A DNA stretch of 64,000 nt, from the NCBI GenBank assembly GCA_944381215.1, contig CALWKF010000006.1, positions 6,473 to 70,472 on the forward strand, in the 5' to 3' direction. This DNA comes from an uncultured Clostridia bacterium (GTDB lineage: Bacteria; Bacillota; Clostridia; Christensenellales; UBA1242). The position numbers and the translations under genes are program-made. This document shows, piece by piece, positions 61,683 through 64,000 of this stretch (position 1 is the stretch's first letter; each line of letters begins with the position of its first letter). Below the pieces are notes generated by a model. The model was not told the DNA's origin, searched no databases, and saw nothing but the letters and a program-made list of their open reading frames with translations.

Positions 61683-64000
61683 TTAATCGCCAGCAAAGCC
61701 ACCGAGACGCCTATTAAAGCCGGTGATAGATACTGAACCAGTTGCCTCACCTGAAACATCCACATCGCTACCAATTGTATCTGACCAGAAACATGAAATT
61801 GAATGACTATTTGTTGCCATACGAGCTGACCAACTACCACTCTTACCACCTTGTCTTACACTTATAGAAAAGTTCACACTAAAAGTTACTGGTGCTTCTC
61901 CTGTATAAGATATGGATGCCTTAGCGTTATAGAAGTATGTGTAACTGCTAGGTTCGGGTGGCTCCTCAGTCTCTGGAGGATCGGTCGAAGGGGGTGACGG
62001 GGTATCTGCTGTTAGAAGTGTCGAGAATGATGTTCCTCTTGGATTAAACAGCAGTAATGATGCTGCACTTGCAGCGTCGCCACCACCTTCTGCACCTCCT
62101 GCACTTTCGTAGTTTGCACGCTTTCTAACATAACCGCCAGTCCATTCCATTTCGGTGTCACTAAGCACGCTACGGCGGTTAATATAGTCGTATGCACGCG
62201 GAATAAAGCGTTGTACACCATCTCCTGGGCTGACTCTGTAACTAAAAGACCAAGTACCGCCTCTACGGAATACCGCCTCAAAGCCTGGTTTACAATATGT
62301 GGTGACACTGATTCTAAACCAGTTTGCACTCTGTCCCATTCTTATTGTAGAAATAGAGCTATAATTTGTCGTATTTCCGCTACGGTCAGGAAGTGCGGCA
62401 AGAGAGTTATAAACTGCAGCTGCTTCGTTAAATGTCGGGCTACCTGTCATAATCTTCGCACCGCCTAAATCAAAGCCGTAGGACCAACTAGCCCTCATAC
62501 TTCCCCCGCGCATGTAACTAAAGTCTGTGTAAACGCGGTTGATTACTCCCCAAGAGCCTTGGGCCTCGTAACGTTGCTCGACGTAGCCATTAGTTGATGA
62601 AGAGTGATCCCACATCCAAATAGGCTCGGTGTCGCCACTTGGGTCGCGGTTTACACTGCTAGAGTGGTCAAAATCGACCGTTGGGTTAATTGGCGAGTAG
62701 AACCAAACATCGGGCGATTCGTATTTTAAACCTTTTTCAAGTAGGTTATGCTCGACCTCGTAGCCGTCGTGAATCGGGGTTACGGTAAACTGATTGTTTC
62801 CGCCCTGAACACTGCCTGGGTATGCGGTATAGTGATTGTAGATAAAGTTATATGTGCTACCGTACTCGCTCGAACTAAAGCAGTCGGCGGAATTGTAACT
62901 AAAGTAGCCAGTCGCGGTGTAGTGAATTTGGCTCGCACCGCTCTTTCCAATGCTGATTTGGGTTTGTGTAAAGCGGTTGTTGCTGTTGCGGTTGTACTGG
63001 TTAATCGTTACTTGCAGACGCTCGAACTGGTTGTTTACGGAGTAGTCAGCACTCATTTTAATGGTCATATTGTCCTGATAGAAACTGATTCGGCTGGTGT
63101 CAAACGGCAGTTGTCTGTAATAATTTAGGTACAAGTCTACCGAGTACACACTGTTGTGGATGTGCTGGTTGTTAAAGTCGCCATTTACGTAGTAGCCGAA
63201 CTCAACTTGAATTCTAAACCCGTCGGAGCCACGCATTTCGGGGTCGAGGACAAGTTCTTGGTAGATAAAGTCGTAAAGTAGGTCCTGGTACCTAGTCGCG
63301 GTATTTTGCTCGATTGCAAAGTTATTAAACTGTAGCCACCTATTTTGATATGGATAATACAATTTAAAGTTTGCGAATGTCGGGGCAAGGTTATATGGTT
63401 GCCCTGCCTTGTCAGTAGAGGTTTGGTAGTTATACCACATGTTTTGGGAATTGTTAGTAAAGTCGGTAAGTCTCAAGGTTGCCATTGTATTAGTAGACTC
63501 GTCGACAAGGGGCTCCAGGGTGATTGACAGGGCCTCGATGTCCATTTTAATACGTAAGTTTACGGTGTAGTCCATGCCTGCTGACTTACTATTAAACCCA
63601 CGGCCGACATATTCCATGGAGTCATCGACTGCGGCGATGATGTTGATGTGCCAAGTATCGCTCTCGTTTACTGGCAGTAACCACTGGTTGTAATTCTCAC
63701 GAATTGAACCATTTTGGATACCTGAGGCATTCTCCTCGGGAGTAATTAGGTCGATTTTTAATATGTCGGTAAGATTCTTGATATTCCACTGATTTGTATT
63801 ATTCGGGCCGATTGTACAAGCGTCCTTTACAACTTGGTTGTCGATACTATAAGTTGCGTTGCCGTCGCGCGTTAGGTAGATGTAGTACTGAACATTTCGG
63901 CTGATCGACTGATAGTGTAGAGGAATGTAGGACTGGTAGTGGTAGTAGTAGCCGTTGTAACAGTAGAACGAGGAGATTCCTGCCTCGTAATCGACATCCC
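61683..64000 (-). CDS. large Tyr/Asn/Ser/Trp-rich protein of unknown function (N-terminus outside window)
   Basis: The ORF track begins at the Met at 63617. I read the frame codon by codon from 63618 to 64000 and found no in-frame stop, so the gene continues beyond the right edge (more than 772 aa). It contains a Pro/Glu/Thr linker (TPSPPSTDPPETEEPPEPSS). I recognise no domain. Confidence 0.7.
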   Translation of the reverse strand, partial: DVDYEAGISSFYCYNGYYYHYQSYIPLHYQSISRNVQYYIYLTRDGNATYSIDNQVVKDACTIGPNNTNQWNIKNLTDILKIDLITPEENASGIQNGSIRENYNQWLLPVNESDTWHINIIAAVDDSMEYVGRGFNSKSAGMDYTVNLRIKMDIEALSITLEPLVDESTNTMATLRLTDFTNNSQNMWYNYQTSTDKAGQPYNLAPTFANFKLYYPYQNRWLQFNNFAIEQNTATRYQDLLYDFIYQELVLDPEMRGSDGFRIQVEFGYYVNGDFNNQHIHNSVYSVDLYLNYYRQLPFDTSRISFYQDNMTIKMSADYSVNNQFERLQVTINQYNRNSNNRFTQTQISIGKSGASQIHYTATGYFSYNSADCFSSSEYGSTYNFIYNHYTAYPGSVQGGNNQFTVTPIHDGYEVEHNLLEKGLKYESPDVWFYSPINPTVDFDHSSSVNRDPSGDTEPIWMWDHSSSTNGYVEQRYEAQGSWGVINRVYTDFSYMRGGSMRASWSYGFDLGGAKIMTGSPTFNEAAAVYNSLAALPDRSGNTTNYSSISTIRMGQSANWFRISVTTYCKPGFEAVFRRGGTWSFSYRVSPGDGVQRFIPRAYDYINRRSVLSDTEMEWTGGYVRKRANYESAGGAEGGGDAASAASLLLFNPRGTSFSTLLTADTPSPPSTDPPETEEPPEPSSYTYFYNAKASISYTGEAPVTFSVNFSISVRQGGKSGSWSARMATNSHSISCFWSDTIGSDVDVSGEATGSVSITGFNRRLGGFAGD

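Overview
This 64-kb chromosomal window looks like it comes from an endospore-forming Firmicute, probably Clostridia-like. That is inferred from gene content only; no database search was possible. I call about 55 protein genes, and about 47 of them are on the minus strand. Coding DNA is roughly 45-60% GC, while intergenic DNA is extremely AT-rich.

Gene content:
- Housekeeping genes: mnmA, tkt, nrdD-nrdG, the conserved secG-rnr-smpB-ssrA(tmRNA) cluster, murA, rplU-prp-rpmA, pgk-tpiA-gpmI, dusB, HU, glmM, trxB, acpP, cysS, an ABC-F ATPase and aspS.
- Sporulation and germination genes: sleB-ypeB, spoIIR, veg, a DUF3794-like protein, a spoVB-like flippase and an M23 peptidase.
- Accessory-looking genes: two paralogous secreted InlB-B-repeat proteins, each facing XRE regulator gene(s) across a long AT-rich spacer; an HTH-Fic protein; a NYN-domain protein; a patatin-like lipase overlapping a ComEC-type MBL protein; and a large partial Tyr/Asn-rich orphan protein at the right edge.

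I found no transposase, integrase, CRISPR array, cas gene, rRNA or tRNA. I also found no canonical defence operon.

The structure the genes do not explain is non-coding:
1. A modular, same-orientation mosaic repeat family at four intergenic loci. It consists of ~50-bp units alternating with two insert types, one of which carries a conserved hairpin plus an 8-bp clamp.
2. An 11-bp half-palindrome, AGTACTATGCA, clustered at five intergenic loci.
3. A GTGCG-hairpin/CCGATAA repeat, which forms an 87-bp-period tandem array between murA and the FtsQ-like gene.
4. A cluster of seven AAAACTCYGC iteron-like repeats.

These repeat families, the duplicated surface-protein/XRE cassettes and the orphan protein are my best candidates for undescribed biology. 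All product calls rest on motif recognition by eye and need homology searches.
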